From an uncultured Bacilli bacterium (GTDB taxonomy: Bacteria > Bacillota_I > Bacilli_A > RF39 > UBA660): a stretch of DNA of 64,000 nucleotides. The notes under the pieces were generated by a model. The model searched no databases and was not told where the DNA came from. It saw only the letters and a list, made by a program, of their open reading frames with translations. Made by a program: the position numbers and the translations under genes. Below, in pieces: positions 25,947 through 37,420 of the stretch; positions within the stretch are counted from its first letter, which is position 1; every line of letters starts with the position of its first letter. The stretch lies in the NCBI GenBank assembly GCA_947627225.1, contig CANQVB010000001.1, positions 564 to 64,563 of the forward strand, in the 5' to 3' direction.

Positions 25947-26897
25947 TCACCTCATTAAATAATTAAATAAAATCGCCCCAAGTCGCAGACTATCATGGCG
26001 TAAAGTGCCTTCTTCTACAGTCAACAAATCGGCATCAAGAAGTTCTACATCCATCAAGGCAAGTTTCTCATAATCAATCTTAACAGGATCTTTTTGTTCT
26101 TCGGTGGCATACTTTTCTGCCAAATGTTTGGATATTTCTGTTTTGTTGGCAACGACGGCATCAATTTTATGCGTTCCCAAATATTCATTTAAAAGAACAA
26201 CATGGTCACTCACTTGAAACCCATCTGTCTCACCTGGCTGTGTGACAATGTTACAAAGATAAAGAATGGGGGCTTTGCTTTTATCTAGGGCTTTTTGAAT
26301 ATCCTGAATCAAAAGGTGCGGTAAAATTGAAGTGAAAAGACTACCCATACTAAACACAATCATATCTGCTTCTTCAATTGCATCAAGCACTTCTTTTAAA
26401 ACATGCGGCTCTTTCTTATAAAAAAGGCGCTTGATTTTCTTAGGAGACTTAGTAATCACTGCCTCTTCTTCTAAAATCGTATGATCCACCGTTTCTGCCA
26501 TTAAAGTAATATCAGCATCTTCAGAAAGCGGTAAAATAGTATGCTTGACTCCAAAAAGTTGTGAAAGATAAAAAATAGAATCCTTCAAACTTCCTGTCAT
26601 ATCAAATAAAGCTGTTAAGATTAAATTCCCTAACGCATGCCCATTTAAATCGCTTTTTGTATGAAAACGATATTCGAGTAAATCTTGAACAGTAGAATCC
26701 ATGGTGGATAAATGACTCATGACCTTTCTTAAGTCCCCCACTGCAGGTGTATTGAATTCTCTTCGTAATTTCCCAGCACTATTTCCACTATCAGAAACAG
26801 AAATAATAGCAGTAATCTGTAATGGAAAATCCTTGAGGCCTTTTAATAAAGAACTAATTCCAGTACCCCCTCCAAAGACAACAACCTTTTTATGCAT
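25947..26897 (-). CDS. YvcK-like gluconeogenesis factor (UPF0052/CofD-like)
   Basis: The N-terminal VVVFGGGTGISSLLKGL...AIISVSDSGNSAGKLR matches the YvcK signature. Confidence 0.8.
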   Translation of the reverse strand: MHKKVVVFGGGTGISSLLKGLKDFPLQITAIISVSDSGNSAGKLRREFNTPAVGDLRKVMSHLSTMDSTVQDLLEYRFHTKSDLNGHALGNLILTALFDMTGSLKDSIFYLSQLFGVKHTILPLSEDADITLMAETVDHTILEEEAVITKSPKKIKRLFYKKEPHVLKEVLDAIEEADMIVFSMGSLFTSILPHLLIQDIQKALDKSKAPILYLCNIVTQPGETDGFQVSDHVVLLNEYLGTHKIDAVVANKTEISKHLAEKYATEEQKDPVKIDYEKLALMDVELLDADLLTVEEGTLRHDSLRLGAILFNYLMR

Positions 26898-26901
26898 GCA
26901 C

Positions 26902-27807
26902 TTACACCCCCATCTTTTTTAAAATAGCAAGGGCTGCTTGTACGCCTTCGCTGCTTGCAAGAACGATTTGAAAAATATTTTTTTCAACCACATCTCCCAC
27001 TGCATAAAGACCAGGAATTTTACTTTCAAAAGAGGCATCTACAGGAATATATCCATTTTGATCTGGAAGGGACAATTCTTCTAAAAAAGAAGTGTTCGGT
27101 GTCTGTCCAAGAAAAAGAAAAACACCAGAAAGAGAAAGTTCTGTTTCCTCACTTTCCCGCTTTAGTTTAAGACCTTTAAGCTTTCCATCTTCCTCTTGAA
27201 AAGACAAGACAACGGTAGAAGATAAGATGGTGATATTGTCTTTTTGCTTGACTGCATCAAGAAGAGCCTTATCCCCACGAAACGTATCTCTCCTATGAAT
27301 TAAATACACTTTCTTACAAAGAGAAGCTAAATAAAGGGATTCTTCTAAAGCAGAATTGCCTCCTCCAACGACTGCAACTTCCTTACCTTTATAAAGAGGT
27401 CCATCACAAATCGCGCAGTAGCTAATTCCTTTCCCAAGTAGTTTTTCCTCATTGGGAAGTCCTAATTTGCGAGGTGTTTTTCCACTTGCTACGATCAAAT
27501 AATGACAGTATAATTTCTTCGTCTTCGTATAGACAATCTTCTCATCTTCTAACACTTCTACACGAAGAACGGTATCATAAATATAGTCTGTTTTATAGGA
27601 TGTAACTTGTTTCCACATAGAAAGTGCTAATTGAGGACCCGTAATTTTTTCAAAACCCGGATAATTTTCAACCATTGCCGTTTGATTCATCTGTCCACCA
27701 GGTGCACCTTTTTCAAGAATACAACAAGAGACATTCGCCCGTTTTAAATAAAGGGCTGCACTCATTCCAGCAGGACCTGAACCTATAATAATAACATCAT
27801 ATTTCAT
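26902..27807 (-). CDS. trxB: Thioredoxin-disulfide reductase
   Basis: It has GSGPAGMSAALY FAD binding, the CAICDG redox-active motif and VVGGGNSALEE NADPH binding. Confidence 0.9.
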   Translation of the reverse strand: MKYDVIIIGSGPAGMSAALYLKRANVSCCILEKGAPGGQMNQTAMVENYPGFEKITGPQLALSMWKQVTSYKTDYIYDTVLRVEVLEDEKIVYTKTKKLYCHYLIVASGKTPRKLGLPNEEKLLGKGISYCAICDGPLYKGKEVAVVGGGNSALEESLYLASLCKKVYLIHRRDTFRGDKALLDAVKQKDNITILSSTVVLSFQEEDGKLKGLKLKRESEETELSLSGVFLFLGQTPNTSFLEELSLPDQNGYIPVDASFESKIPGLYAVGDVVEKNIFQIVLASSEGVQAALAILKKMGV

Positions 27808-28610
27808 CTGATTTCCTCTTTTCTATATAAGTTTTGCAGTTTATTTTTATTCTTTTTCTGAAAAAACAAAAGATAAATTCCAAACAAGAATAATACGATG
27901 GATACAAGCTGCGCAATGCGAACAGGACCAAGATAAAGGCTATCTTGCCGCAGTGCTTCAATAAAAAACCGTGCGAAAGAATACCACGCTAAATAAAAGC
28001 CTGTAAGTTGCCCAATATGTAAATACTTATTCCGTTTTCTAAAAAGAAGAAGCAGGATGAATCCTAAAAAATTCCAAAGAGATTCATAGAGAAACGTAGG
28101 TTGATGATAGACTCCATCCACATACATCCCTTGAATGAGCCAGCTTGGTAAATGTAGGGCAACAAGGGATGCTTTTGAGATAACAGGCCCATAAGCTTCT
28201 GCATTGAAAAAGTTTCCCCATCTTCCGATGGCTTGTCCTAAAATAACACCTACCACTAGGATATCTAAAATCTTGAGTGTATTGTATTTATACTTTTTCG
28301 TATGGTATAAAACCGTGAGGCCTCCAAAAAGAAGTCCACCATGAATGGCAAGACCTCCCTCCCAGATTTTGAAAATTTCAATAGGATGTGCACGATAATA
28401 AGAAAATTCAAAAAAGACATAGTAAAGTCTTGCGCCTAAAATTCCAAAAAGCACGGCATAAAAAAGCATATTGAGAAGAAAATCAAGCGAGATTTTTTCT
28501 TTTTTTGCTTCTTTATAAATCACAATAGAACCACAAAGAATTCCCAAAAAAATAAATACTGAATACCAATAGACCTGAAAAAAACCCAAATCAAGTGCCA
28601 CTCTATTCAT
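27804..28610 (-). CDS. lgt: Prolipoprotein diacylglyceryl transferase
   Basis: It has the IWEGGLAIHGGLLFG signature and multiple TM segments. The length is 268 aa. Confidence 0.85.
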   Translation of the reverse strand: MNRVALDLGFFQVYWYSVFIFLGILCGSIVIYKEAKKEKISLDFLLNMLFYAVLFGILGARLYYVFFEFSYYRAHPIEIFKIWEGGLAIHGGLLFGGLTVLYHTKKYKYNTLKILDILVVGVILGQAIGRWGNFFNAEAYGPVISKASLVALHLPSWLIQGMYVDGVYHQPTFLYESLWNFLGFILLLLFRKRNKYLHIGQLTGFYLAWYSFARFFIEALRQDSLYLGPVRIAQLVSIVLFLFGIYLLFFQKKNKNKLQNLYRKEEIR

Positions 28611-29031
28611 GCGCTTTTACCTTCCTTAAAATAGGTTTTAGAATGAAAACATCTACAAGGGCATTCATCACAGAAATTAAAATCGCAATGATAAAGGCAA
28701 CCCAAAGATTTTCAAGATTAAAGTGACTTCCTAAAATCCAATCCGTAAGTTTTAAAATAAAAAGATTGATGCAAGGATAAAAAAGACCTAGGGTAAGTCC
28801 TGTTATGGGAATCGTCAAGGTAATCAGTAAAGGTTTTATCGTCTTGTTCAAAAAGACAATGATTAAGACTGCGACAAATCCATAAATATAAGGATGAGAA
28901 AGATCAATATAAAAGGATTCAAAAAAAGTAGAGACTCCTAAAAAAACGAGTGTATAGCTTAAAAGATAGAGGAACCATTCAAACAGTTGATTGATTTGCA
29001 ACTTTCCTTTTACCTTTTTTACTAAACGCAT
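28603..29031 (-). CDS. DUF360/YvlD-like membrane protein (phage holin family 4_2-like)
   Basis: The start is taken at MRLVKK after a GGTGA SD; the track ORF extends to 29130 and overlaps the uvrA 3' end. Four hydrophobic helices are present. Confidence 0.45.
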   Translation of the reverse strand: MRLVKKVKGKLQINQLFEWFLYLLSYTLVFLGVSTFFESFYIDLSHPYIYGFVAVLIIVFLNKTIKPLLITLTIPITGLTLGLFYPCINLFILKLTDWILGSHFNLENLWVAFIIAILISVMNALVDVFILKPILRKVKAHE

Positions 29032-29042
29032 CGTATCACCTT

Positions 29043-31868
29043 CTATTTCAATATTGGTTTTAAAAACTGTCCTGTGTAGGATTTTTTGTTGGAAGCGATT
29101 TCTTCCGGAGTTCCAACTGCAACTACACATCCACCATCATCTCCGCCTTCTGGGCCAAGATCAATGATGTAGTCTGCTACCTTAATGACATCAAGGTTAT
29201 GCTCAATGACAAGCACTGTATCTTTATTATCTACTATTTTTTGTAAAATTGCAAGTAAGCGTTTGATATCGTGCGTATGAAGACCTGTCGTTGGTTCATC
29301 CAAAACAAAGAGGGTTTTTCCAGTTGCTTTCTTCTGAAGTTCTTTGGCAAGTTTCACCCGTTCTGCCTCTCCACCAGATAAAGTAGGCGCACTTTGTCCA
29401 AGACGAATATAGCCAAGACCTACTTCTTCTAACACCTGTAATTTGTGTGCAATTTTAGGAAGATTTGAGAAAAATTCTAATGCCTCCGTAACACGCATAT
29501 CTAAAACTTCGGCAATGTTTTTGCCTTTGTATTTGATTTTTAACGTTTCACTATTATAACGCGTACCATGACAAACTTCACAAGGAACATAAACATCTGG
29601 AAGAAAATGCATTTCAATTTTCTTAACGCCATCTCCCCTACAAGCTTCGCATCTTCCACCTTTCACGTTGAACGAAAAACGGTTTTTTTCATAGCCCAAC
29701 ATCTTGGCTTCTTTGGTCGTTGTGAACAACTCACGAATATCATCAAACACGCCTGTATAAGTGGCTGGATTACTTCGTGGCGTTCTTCCAATTGGCGATT
29801 GTGAAATTTCTACCAATTTATCTAGATGTTGAATGCCAAGCACACGCTTGTGTTTTCCAGGTCTTACTTTAGAACGATACAGTGTGGTTGCAATCTTCTT
29901 ACAGAGCACTTCGTTAATCAAACTACTTTTTCCACTTCCAGAAACACCCGTGACACAAGTGAGTGTTCCTAAAGGAATTTTGACATCAATCTCTTTTAAG
30001 TTGTTTTCTGCTGCGCCCTTGATTTCTAAGAATTTTCCTGTTCCTTTTCTTCTTGTTTTTGGAACTTCAACACACAATTTTCCACTTAAATACTTTCCTG
30101 TTAGACTGTTTTCATTCTGCATGACTTCTTTGGGAGTACCGCAAGCAACAATTTCTCCACCAGCATCTCCGGCCAAGGGCCCTACATCCACCAAGTAGTC
30201 TGCCGCAAGCATGGTATCTATATCATGTTCTACGACGATAAGGGTATTTCCTAAATCACGCATTTCAAGAAGCGAACGAATCAGTTTTTCATTATCTCGT
30301 TGATGAAGACCAATAGAAGGCTCATCTAAAACATAAAGAACCCCAGTTAATCGTGAACCAATTTGCGTGGCAAGTCGAATTCTTTGCGCTTCTCCACCGG
30401 AAAGTGTCCCCGCACTTCTTGCAAGTGTCAAATAAGTAAGCCCTACATTCGATAAAAAGGTAAGACGTGCTAAAATTTCTTTGAGTAATAAGTCTGCGAT
30501 TTGTTTTTGTTCTTCGCCTAATTCTAAGGTTTCAAAGAACGGAATTAAATCTTTGATACTCATACAAGTCAGTTCATAGATGTTTTTCCCACCAACTAGA
30601 ATGGATAGGATATCTTCTCGTAATCTAGCCCCATGACAAGTTTCACATTCCTGTTCAATCATAAAGCGCTCTAACCATTCCCTGATCCAAGTGGAAGTGG
30701 TTTCCATATATCTTCGTTCTAAATTATTTAAAACACCCTCATAAAAGTCTACACGATTGGTAACATTTCCACTTTTAGAAGCATAATGAAAGGGAATCGC
30801 TTCCTTCGTTCCATAAAGAAGTACATCCTTTTGCTTTTTTGTAAGTTTCGAATAAGGTTTATCCATATCAATTTTATAATACTTACAAACACATTCTAAT
30901 TGTTTAAAGAAAATATTTTCATGGTCATCTCCCATTGTAGTAATGGCAAATTCATTGAGACTCTTTTCTTTATCAGGAATGACTAAATCTTCATCCATTC
31001 GAAGTTTAATCCCAAGTCCCTTACAATCAGGACAAGCCCCAAAAGGTGCATTAAAACTAAAGATACGTGGTTCTAATTCAGGAAGGGAAAACGAACAATA
31101 AGGACACGCAAAGGCTTCCGAAAATACAAGCTCTTTGGCAGCATCTCCTAAAATTTGAATGACAACTTTTCCTTTAGAAAGCTTGGTCGCAACTTCAATG
31201 GATTCTGAAAGTCTTCCCTTACTATCTTCTTTTAATACAATGCGGTCAATCACAACATCAATGTTATCTTTCTTGTTTTTATCTAGCGTAATCTCATCAT
31301 CCAAATCATGCATTTCGCCATTGATACGAACCCGAACATACCCTTCTTTTTGAAGGCTTTCCAAAAGTTCTTTATGGGTTCCTTTTTCCCCATGCACAAC
31401 AGGACTTAAAACAACCAGTTTGGTTCCAAGAGGATACTCCATCACTTTGTTGGCCATTTCTTCCACACTTTGTCTTTGAATGGGAATATGATGATTAGGA
31501 CAGTATGGAATTCCAATTCTTGCATACAAAAGACGCAAGTAGTCATAGATTTCCGTAACGGTTCCTACTGTACTTCGTGGATTTTTAGAGGTTGTTTTCT
31601 GATCAATGCTGATGGCAGGAGAAAGACCTTCAATACTATCGACATCTGGTTTTTCAGTTCCCCCCAAAAATTGTCTGGCATAACTCGATAAACTCTCAAC
31701 ATAACGACGCTGTCCTTCTTGATAAATGGTATCAAAAGCAAGCGAGCTTTTCCCACTTCCAGAAACCCCAGTCATGACAATCAATTTATTTTTAGGAAGC
31801 GTAATATCTACGTTCTTTAAATTGTTTTCACGTGCTCCTTTTACGATAATTTCATCCATACACTTCAC
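29043..31868 (-). CDS. uvrA: Excinuclease ABC subunit A
   Basis: The 941 aa product has two ABC ATPase modules (GVSGSGKSS twice, LSGGE signatures) and zinc-finger Cys pairs. Confidence 0.95.
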   Translation of the reverse strand: MKCMDEIIVKGARENNLKNVDITLPKNKLIVMTGVSGSGKSSLAFDTIYQEGQRRYVESLSSYARQFLGGTEKPDVDSIEGLSPAISIDQKTTSKNPRSTVGTVTEIYDYLRLLYARIGIPYCPNHHIPIQRQSVEEMANKVMEYPLGTKLVVLSPVVHGEKGTHKELLESLQKEGYVRVRINGEMHDLDDEITLDKNKKDNIDVVIDRIVLKEDSKGRLSESIEVATKLSKGKVVIQILGDAAKELVFSEAFACPYCSFSLPELEPRIFSFNAPFGACPDCKGLGIKLRMDEDLVIPDKEKSLNEFAITTMGDDHENIFFKQLECVCKYYKIDMDKPYSKLTKKQKDVLLYGTKEAIPFHYASKSGNVTNRVDFYEGVLNNLERRYMETTSTWIREWLERFMIEQECETCHGARLREDILSILVGGKNIYELTCMSIKDLIPFFETLELGEEQKQIADLLLKEILARLTFLSNVGLTYLTLARSAGTLSGGEAQRIRLATQIGSRLTGVLYVLDEPSIGLHQRDNEKLIRSLLEMRDLGNTLIVVEHDIDTMLAADYLVDVGPLAGDAGGEIVACGTPKEVMQNENSLTGKYLSGKLCVEVPKTRRKGTGKFLEIKGAAENNLKEIDVKIPLGTLTCVTGVSGSGKSSLINEVLCKKIATTLYRSKVRPGKHKRVLGIQHLDKLVEISQSPIGRTPRSNPATYTGVFDDIRELFTTTKEAKMLGYEKNRFSFNVKGGRCEACRGDGVKKIEMHFLPDVYVPCEVCHGTRYNSETLKIKYKGKNIAEVLDMRVTEALEFFSNLPKIAHKLQVLEEVGLGYIRLGQSAPTLSGGEAERVKLAKELQKKATGKTLFVLDEPTTGLHTHDIKRLLAILQKIVDNKDTVLVIEHNLDVIKVADYIIDLGPEGGDDGGCVVAVGTPEEIASNKKSYTGQFLKPILK

Positions 31869-32010
31869 CTCTAAACAGGCTTATTGTACCACGAATAAAT
31901 GTACGTGTAAATAGTAGATTCTTCCAATATAAAATTTTCCTGCAAAGAAAAGAGATGCTTTTAAGCATGCCTCTTTTTCTTCATTTTCTGACTGAATCTA
32001 TATGGTTTTT

Positions 32011-32889
32011 TTATCCTTTATATTCTCCACCGTTGATGTGGAAAACTTGTCCTGTGGTATAGCTTGCATCATCACTTGCCAAATACACAAATATCGGCGC
32101 AATCTCATAAGGCTGTCCAGCACGTTTCATGGGACAATCTGCGGCAAGATAGGGAATTTTAGAAGCTTCCCAGCAGGCAGGTTGTAGTGGGGTCCAAAAA
32201 ACACCAGGAGAAACGGCATTGACACGAATGTTTTGCGAGGCAAGATTCGTTGCTAAACTTCTTGTGAATCCCACAATGGCACCCTTGGTTGTCACATAAT
32301 CAATTAACTCAGGCTCTCCCTTAAAGGTTGTAATAGACGTAACATTGATGATAGAAGCTCCACTTTGTAAAAAAGGAAGCGCTGCTTTCGTCAAATAAAA
32401 CATCCCATAAACATTCACCTTCATTGTGTAGTCAAATTGTTGATCAGTAATCTCTGTTAGTTTTTTCTTTTGATACTGTACCCCTGCATTGTTGACTAAA
32501 ATATCTAGTTTTCCAAAAGTTCTGATTACATCATCCACCAATTGCTTACAGGCACAGCTTCTTGCAACATCACTTTGAATGGCACAACAAACGCCTCCAA
32601 AAGAACGAATATAGTCAACAGTATCTTTTGCATCTTTCACTTCATCCAAGTAGGAAATCACAACCTTAGCACCTTCTTTGGCGAAGTAAACAGCAACTGC
32701 CCTACCAAGACCAGAGTCTCCTCCTGTAATCAGCGCCACTTTATCCTTTAATTTTCCACTGCCATGATAATTTGGATTATCAAAGATAGGAAGTGGCTGC
32801 ATCACGTATTCAAATCCAGGTTGCCTATCTTGATGTTGGGGTGGAAATTCCAAAAGAAATTCCGTACATTTTTTTCCAATTTGTTGCAT
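32011..32889 (-). CDS. SDR family oxidoreductase (YhdF/general stress protein 39-like)
   Basis: ALITGGDSGLGRA, NNAG and a YxxxK motif are present. It is inserted between uvrB and uvrA. Confidence 0.8.
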   Translation of the reverse strand: MQQIGKKCTEFLLEFPPQHQDRQPGFEYVMQPLPIFDNPNYHGSGKLKDKVALITGGDSGLGRAVAVYFAKEGAKVVISYLDEVKDAKDTVDYIRSFGGVCCAIQSDVARSCACKQLVDDVIRTFGKLDILVNNAGVQYQKKKLTEITDQQFDYTMKVNVYGMFYLTKAALPFLQSGASIINVTSITTFKGEPELIDYVTTKGAIVGFTRSLATNLASQNIRVNAVSPGVFWTPLQPACWEASKIPYLAADCPMKRAGQPYEIAPIFVYLASDDASYTTGQVFHINGGEYKG

Positions 32890-32971
32890 TTTATCACCTA
32901 TTAAACTCTATTCTAAACTGGCAAAAAAAACACAAAAAAGACATCCATTTCAAAATGCCTTTCTTCTACAG

Positions 32972-34921
32972 TTATTCAACTTCCATCTCAAACAACAAAT
33001 CCCGAAGTTCCATAGCACGTTCGAAGTCTAGGTTTTTGGCTGCTTCTCTCATTTCACGTTCTATGGTATCCTTCATCAGTGCAAGCTCTTTCTTGGATTT
33101 CTTTTCTTTAGGTTTGTCTTCTTTGGTATCTAGATTTCGAATAACCTCGCGTATTTCTTTTTCAATCGTTTTTGGAACAATGCCATGTTCTTCGTTATAA
33201 GCTTCCTGTATTTTCCGTCTTCTTTTTGTCTCATCCATCGCTTCCTTCATACTATCTGTCATTTTATCCGCATACATAATTACATGTCCATTGGCATTTC
33301 TCGCACACCGTCCAATCGTTTGAATTAAACTGCGACTACTTCGTAAGAATCCTTCTTTATCAGCATCCAAAATTGCAATTAACGAAACTTCTGGAATATC
33401 AATTCCTTCTCGAAGTAAATTGATTCCAACCAAAACATCATATTTCCCAGCACGAAGGTCATGAATAATTTGAAGCCGCTCTAACGTTTTTATTTCCGTA
33501 TGTAAGTATGCAACTTTTATGTCAATTTCTTTTAAATAATTTGAAAGTTCTTCTGCCATTCGAATGGTAAGGGTCGTAACAAGAGTTCGTTCATTCTTTT
33601 CTGTTCTCGTCCTGATCTCCTCAATCAAATCATCAATCTGTCCTTCTGTTTTGCGGACTTCAATCGTTGGGTCCAAAAGCCCCGTTGGTCGTATGATTTG
33701 TTCTACAAACTGTTGGTTCGTCTTTTCAAGTTCATACTCACCTGGTGTGGCAGAAACATAAATCGCTTGGTTTATTTTTGCTTCAAATTCTTCAAATTTT
33801 AAAGGTCGATTATCTAAGGCACTCGGAAGACGAAAGCCAAAGTCAACTAAGTTCATCTTGCGTGCTCGATCGCCATTATACATCCCTCGTACTTGCGGTA
33901 GCGTAACATGGCTTTCATCAACAACCAAAAGAAAATCATCTGGGAAAAAGTCCATCAAAGTCGTTGGCGTTTCCCCTTCTCCTCGTCCTGCCATATGTCT
34001 TGAATAATTTTCAATTCCATGACAAAAACCTGTTTCAGAAAGCATTTCAATATCATAGTTCGTCCGCTGTTCTAAACGCTCCGCCGCAAGAAGTTGGTTG
34101 GTTTCTTTAAAGTATGCAAGGCGTTCCTCGAGTTCTTTTTTAATTCGCTTTATGGCCTCTTTTAACTTCTCATCACTAATTACAAAGTGGGAAGCAGGAA
34201 ACAAAGAAATGGTTTTTTTCTTCGTAAGCACTGCACCTGTAAGGGCATCAATCTCACTAATCCTATCTATTTCAGAACCAAAAAATTCAATGCGATACCC
34301 GGTTTGATTTTGATAACTTGGAATGAGTTCTAAGACATCTCCACGCACTCTAAAGGTACCTCGTTTAAAATCAAAGTCATTTCTCTCATACTGCATTTCA
34401 ACAAGCTTGGCCATCACAGTATTGCGCTCTATTTCATCCCCTACGGTAAGCGTTAACATTTTATTCAGATATTCTTCCACTTCTCCAATTCCATAAATAC
34501 AAGAAACAGAAGCCACTACAATCACATCTCTTGTAGAAAGTAAGGAAGACGTTGCCGCATGTCGTAATTCATCGATCTCATCATTGATGGATGAATCTTT
34601 TTCAATATAGGTATCTGTCGATGGAACATAAGCTTCTGGCTGGTAATAGTCGTAGTACGATACAAAGTACTCTACACGATTTTCAGGAAACAGTTCTTTA
34701 AGTTCACTATATAACTGCCCTGCAAGAGTTTTGTTATGCGCAAGAACAAGGGTTGGTTTATTAACTTGTTGAATCACATTTGCAATCGTAAAGGTTTTTC
34801 CTGTTCCCGTTGCCCCTAATAGAACTTGATGTTTCTTGCCTTCTTTGATTCCTTCCACTAATTTTTCAATGGCTTGTGGTTGGTCTCCATTTGGTTTAAA
34901 TTTTGCGTGGATTTTAAACAT
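32972..34921 (-). CDS. uvrB: Excinuclease ABC subunit B
   Basis: The 649 aa product has the helicase motif GATGTGKTF and a C-terminal UvrB/UvrC interaction motif. Confidence 0.95.
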   Translation of the reverse strand: MFKIHAKFKPNGDQPQAIEKLVEGIKEGKKHQVLLGATGTGKTFTIANVIQQVNKPTLVLAHNKTLAGQLYSELKELFPENRVEYFVSYYDYYQPEAYVPSTDTYIEKDSSINDEIDELRHAATSSLLSTRDVIVVASVSCIYGIGEVEEYLNKMLTLTVGDEIERNTVMAKLVEMQYERNDFDFKRGTFRVRGDVLELIPSYQNQTGYRIEFFGSEIDRISEIDALTGAVLTKKKTISLFPASHFVISDEKLKEAIKRIKKELEERLAYFKETNQLLAAERLEQRTNYDIEMLSETGFCHGIENYSRHMAGRGEGETPTTLMDFFPDDFLLVVDESHVTLPQVRGMYNGDRARKMNLVDFGFRLPSALDNRPLKFEEFEAKINQAIYVSATPGEYELEKTNQQFVEQIIRPTGLLDPTIEVRKTEGQIDDLIEEIRTRTEKNERTLVTTLTIRMAEELSNYLKEIDIKVAYLHTEIKTLERLQIIHDLRAGKYDVLVGINLLREGIDIPEVSLIAILDADKEGFLRSSRSLIQTIGRCARNANGHVIMYADKMTDSMKEAMDETKRRRKIQEAYNEEHGIVPKTIEKEIREVIRNLDTKEDKPKEKKSKKELALMKDTIEREMREAAKNLDFERAMELRDLLFEMEVE

Positions 34922-35351
34922 TTTTTCCCTCCTTCCTGTGACTAATTATGATTACTATCAACCTTTCATTCGTCCCCAAGCGAATATTTTTTACCTGGTT
35001 AATAGTTAATTTGATAGGGACAAATAAACGTCACAAATTTCATTTTTAAGAATAACTAACACTAAATAATATTAGATAATATTTAAAGGTTTACTGTTTA
35101 CTTATTTTAGCATTTTTGCAATGAAAAAACAAGGTAAGCAAAAAAAGCAAACTCATTTTATAGAATTTGTAATTTAAAAAATGAAGTGCACAATTGTTGT
35201 GCAATTAATTTTAGAATTTATTTATAAGAAAATCATTTACAATAGGCAGTGATAATTCGTCATACTTGTTGTAATATCTTATTTTTAGGATATTACAATT
35301 TTTATTAGAATTATCACTGGGTTCCTATTGTCAATGAGGAATTATAAACCA

Positions 35352-37391
35352 TTACCTATTATCGTTATTATTATCACAATTTTTTCGTTTCCCGTTGATA
35401 ACTACATATTCTTCTTTTTTCGTAGGGTCAAATACATAAGTGACTGCATCACTTGAATCACTTGTGTCATTTTCACTTGTTAATTTGATTTGTGCTTGGT
35501 TTGGATTTTGAGTTTCATTTATGTTATTTATAAATAATTTATCTAATTTCTCTTTAATTTGGTCTTTTGTAAATGGTTTTGCAATATAATCTACAAAACC
35601 TAAGGAAATATACCTTTCTTTCGCACCTGCGACTGCATCTGCTGTGAGTGCTATTACAGGAACTTTAAATGCAGACATTTCCTTTAACTTTGATAAAGTA
35701 GTTTCTCCACTCATTTCTGGCATCATAATATCCATTAGAATTAAATCATATTTTTCGCCTTTGTTTATTTGATCTAGGCATTGCTCTCCACTTTCACATT
35801 CCTCTACAAGGAATCCTAAACTTTCTAGATGTTTTCTTGCTACTTTGATATTTAACTGATTGTCATCTACAACCAATACCCTTTTATCGCTGAATTGTTT
35901 TTCATCTTGATTCTCTACAACTGAATTGAAAACTTTTATTTCAGTCTTGGTAGCACTTTGACTTTCTTGTATTGGATTTACCATTTTACTTATTTTTTGA
36001 GGGATTTGTACTACAAATATTGACCCTTGCCCAAATTGTGATGAGACATTGATGTGTCCTCCCATCATGTCAACTAAAGCTTTCGTAATGGCAAGACCTA
36101 GTCCAGTTCCTTCTGTTGTCGTATTTCTTTCAATATCAAGGCGTTCAAATTTTGTGAACAACTTATTTATATATTCTGCTTTTATTCCACGCCCTGTATC
36201 TTGAACACTTATCATTAACATACATGTATCCTTTTGATTGATACATTTTGTATTTAAAGTGATTGTACCTTTTTCAGTGTACTTAATGGCATTCGTAAGC
36301 AAATTATTTACGATTGCTTTTATATGTGCCTTATCTCCTAACAATTCATAAGGAATATCTGGAGCAAAATTCATGTTGAAATCGATTGGTTTTTCCCCGA
36401 TTCTTGTTGCTGTAATACGTGCCATTTTGGTTATTTCCTCTACATAATTGTATGGCATCTCTACGATTTCCATTTTTTCACTTTCAATTTTATTGATATC
36501 TAAAATATTACCTACTATTTCAAGTAATGTTTGAGATGCATTTTGAATATCTTCTGTATCCTCAACAACTTCTTTTGGAATTTGTTCTTTATAACTTGCG
36601 ATATCTTCTGAAAGTCCTACGATAGCATTAAGTGGTGTTCTAATCTCATGTGACATACTCGATAAGAAATCACTTTTCGCACGATTAGCTTTTTCTGCTG
36701 TATTTTTAGCAAACTCCATTTCTCTTAACATCTTTAAATCTGGATTTTCTATTGTAAAATACATTGTATAACATATAAATGTTCCAATCATATTTGTAAT
36801 TAAAATACTAGGATCTATAGAATTAAGTAATGTCATGAATATTAAACATACAATTACAAAATATATTGGCAAATACTTTTTATCTTTTCGTTTTTTATGA
36901 TTCACGACTAATAATATTATGTATAAACAAATTTGAATAACAATATAACCTTTTAGTATATCTAGTGCGAATCCCTCTATATACATTTTTGATGTATCAT
37001 AATATCTTTTATATGGTGTAATAAATAATACTACCATAATAATTGCTTCAATTAAGGCTACAAATTTTTTACTTGTTTCAATTCTTTTCTCATAATTTTT
37101 ATTTGCTTTATTAAAACAAATGATAAATACATAGATTGTAAATAAAGAATAAGATATCGTTATTGAAATTAAATACAATCTACAAATGCTGTCTACAAGT
37201 ATGTAATCTATTCCTAGTGTTCTAACCAGTATTTGTAATGGTATTTCAATTATATACCCTAATAAATTAGCCATAAGAATATATTTAAAAGCTTTATTTT
37301 CTTTAGAAGCTAAAACTTCTTTTGAATAAAAAACCGAAATTAAAAGTATTATAAATACAAGACCCGTTACTAAATAAATCAAATTCCACAT
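35352..37391 (-). CDS. Hybrid sensor histidine kinase/response regulator (multi-TM sensor, HisKA, HATPase_c and a C-terminal REC domain)
   Basis: H-box SHEIRTPLNAIVGLSE, G-box GTGLGLAITKALVDMMGG and a receiver region LVVDDNQLN...DLILMDIMMPEMSG are present. Confidence 0.8.
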   Translation of the reverse strand: MWNLIYLVTGLVFIILLISVFYSKEVLASKENKAFKYILMANLLGYIIEIPLQILVRTLGIDYILVDSICRLYLISITISYSLFTIYVFIICFNKANKNYEKRIETSKKFVALIEAIIMVVLFITPYKRYYDTSKMYIEGFALDILKGYIVIQICLYIILLVVNHKKRKDKKYLPIYFVIVCLIFMTLLNSIDPSILITNMIGTFICYTMYFTIENPDLKMLREMEFAKNTAEKANRAKSDFLSSMSHEIRTPLNAIVGLSEDIASYKEQIPKEVVEDTEDIQNASQTLLEIVGNILDINKIESEKMEIVEMPYNYVEEITKMARITATRIGEKPIDFNMNFAPDIPYELLGDKAHIKAIVNNLLTNAIKYTEKGTITLNTKCINQKDTCMLMISVQDTGRGIKAEYINKLFTKFERLDIERNTTTEGTGLGLAITKALVDMMGGHINVSSQFGQGSIFVVQIPQKISKMVNPIQESQSATKTEIKVFNSVVENQDEKQFSDKRVLVVDDNQLNIKVARKHLESLGFLVEECESGEQCLDQINKGEKYDLILMDIMMPEMSGETTLSKLKEMSAFKVPVIALTADAVAGAKERYISLGFVDYIAKPFTKDQIKEKLDKLFINNINETQNPNQAQIKLTSENDTSDSSDAVTYVFDPTKKEEYVVINGKRKNCDNNNDNR

Positions 37392-37420
37392 GAATAGATC
37401 ACACTGCTTCCCAAATCACA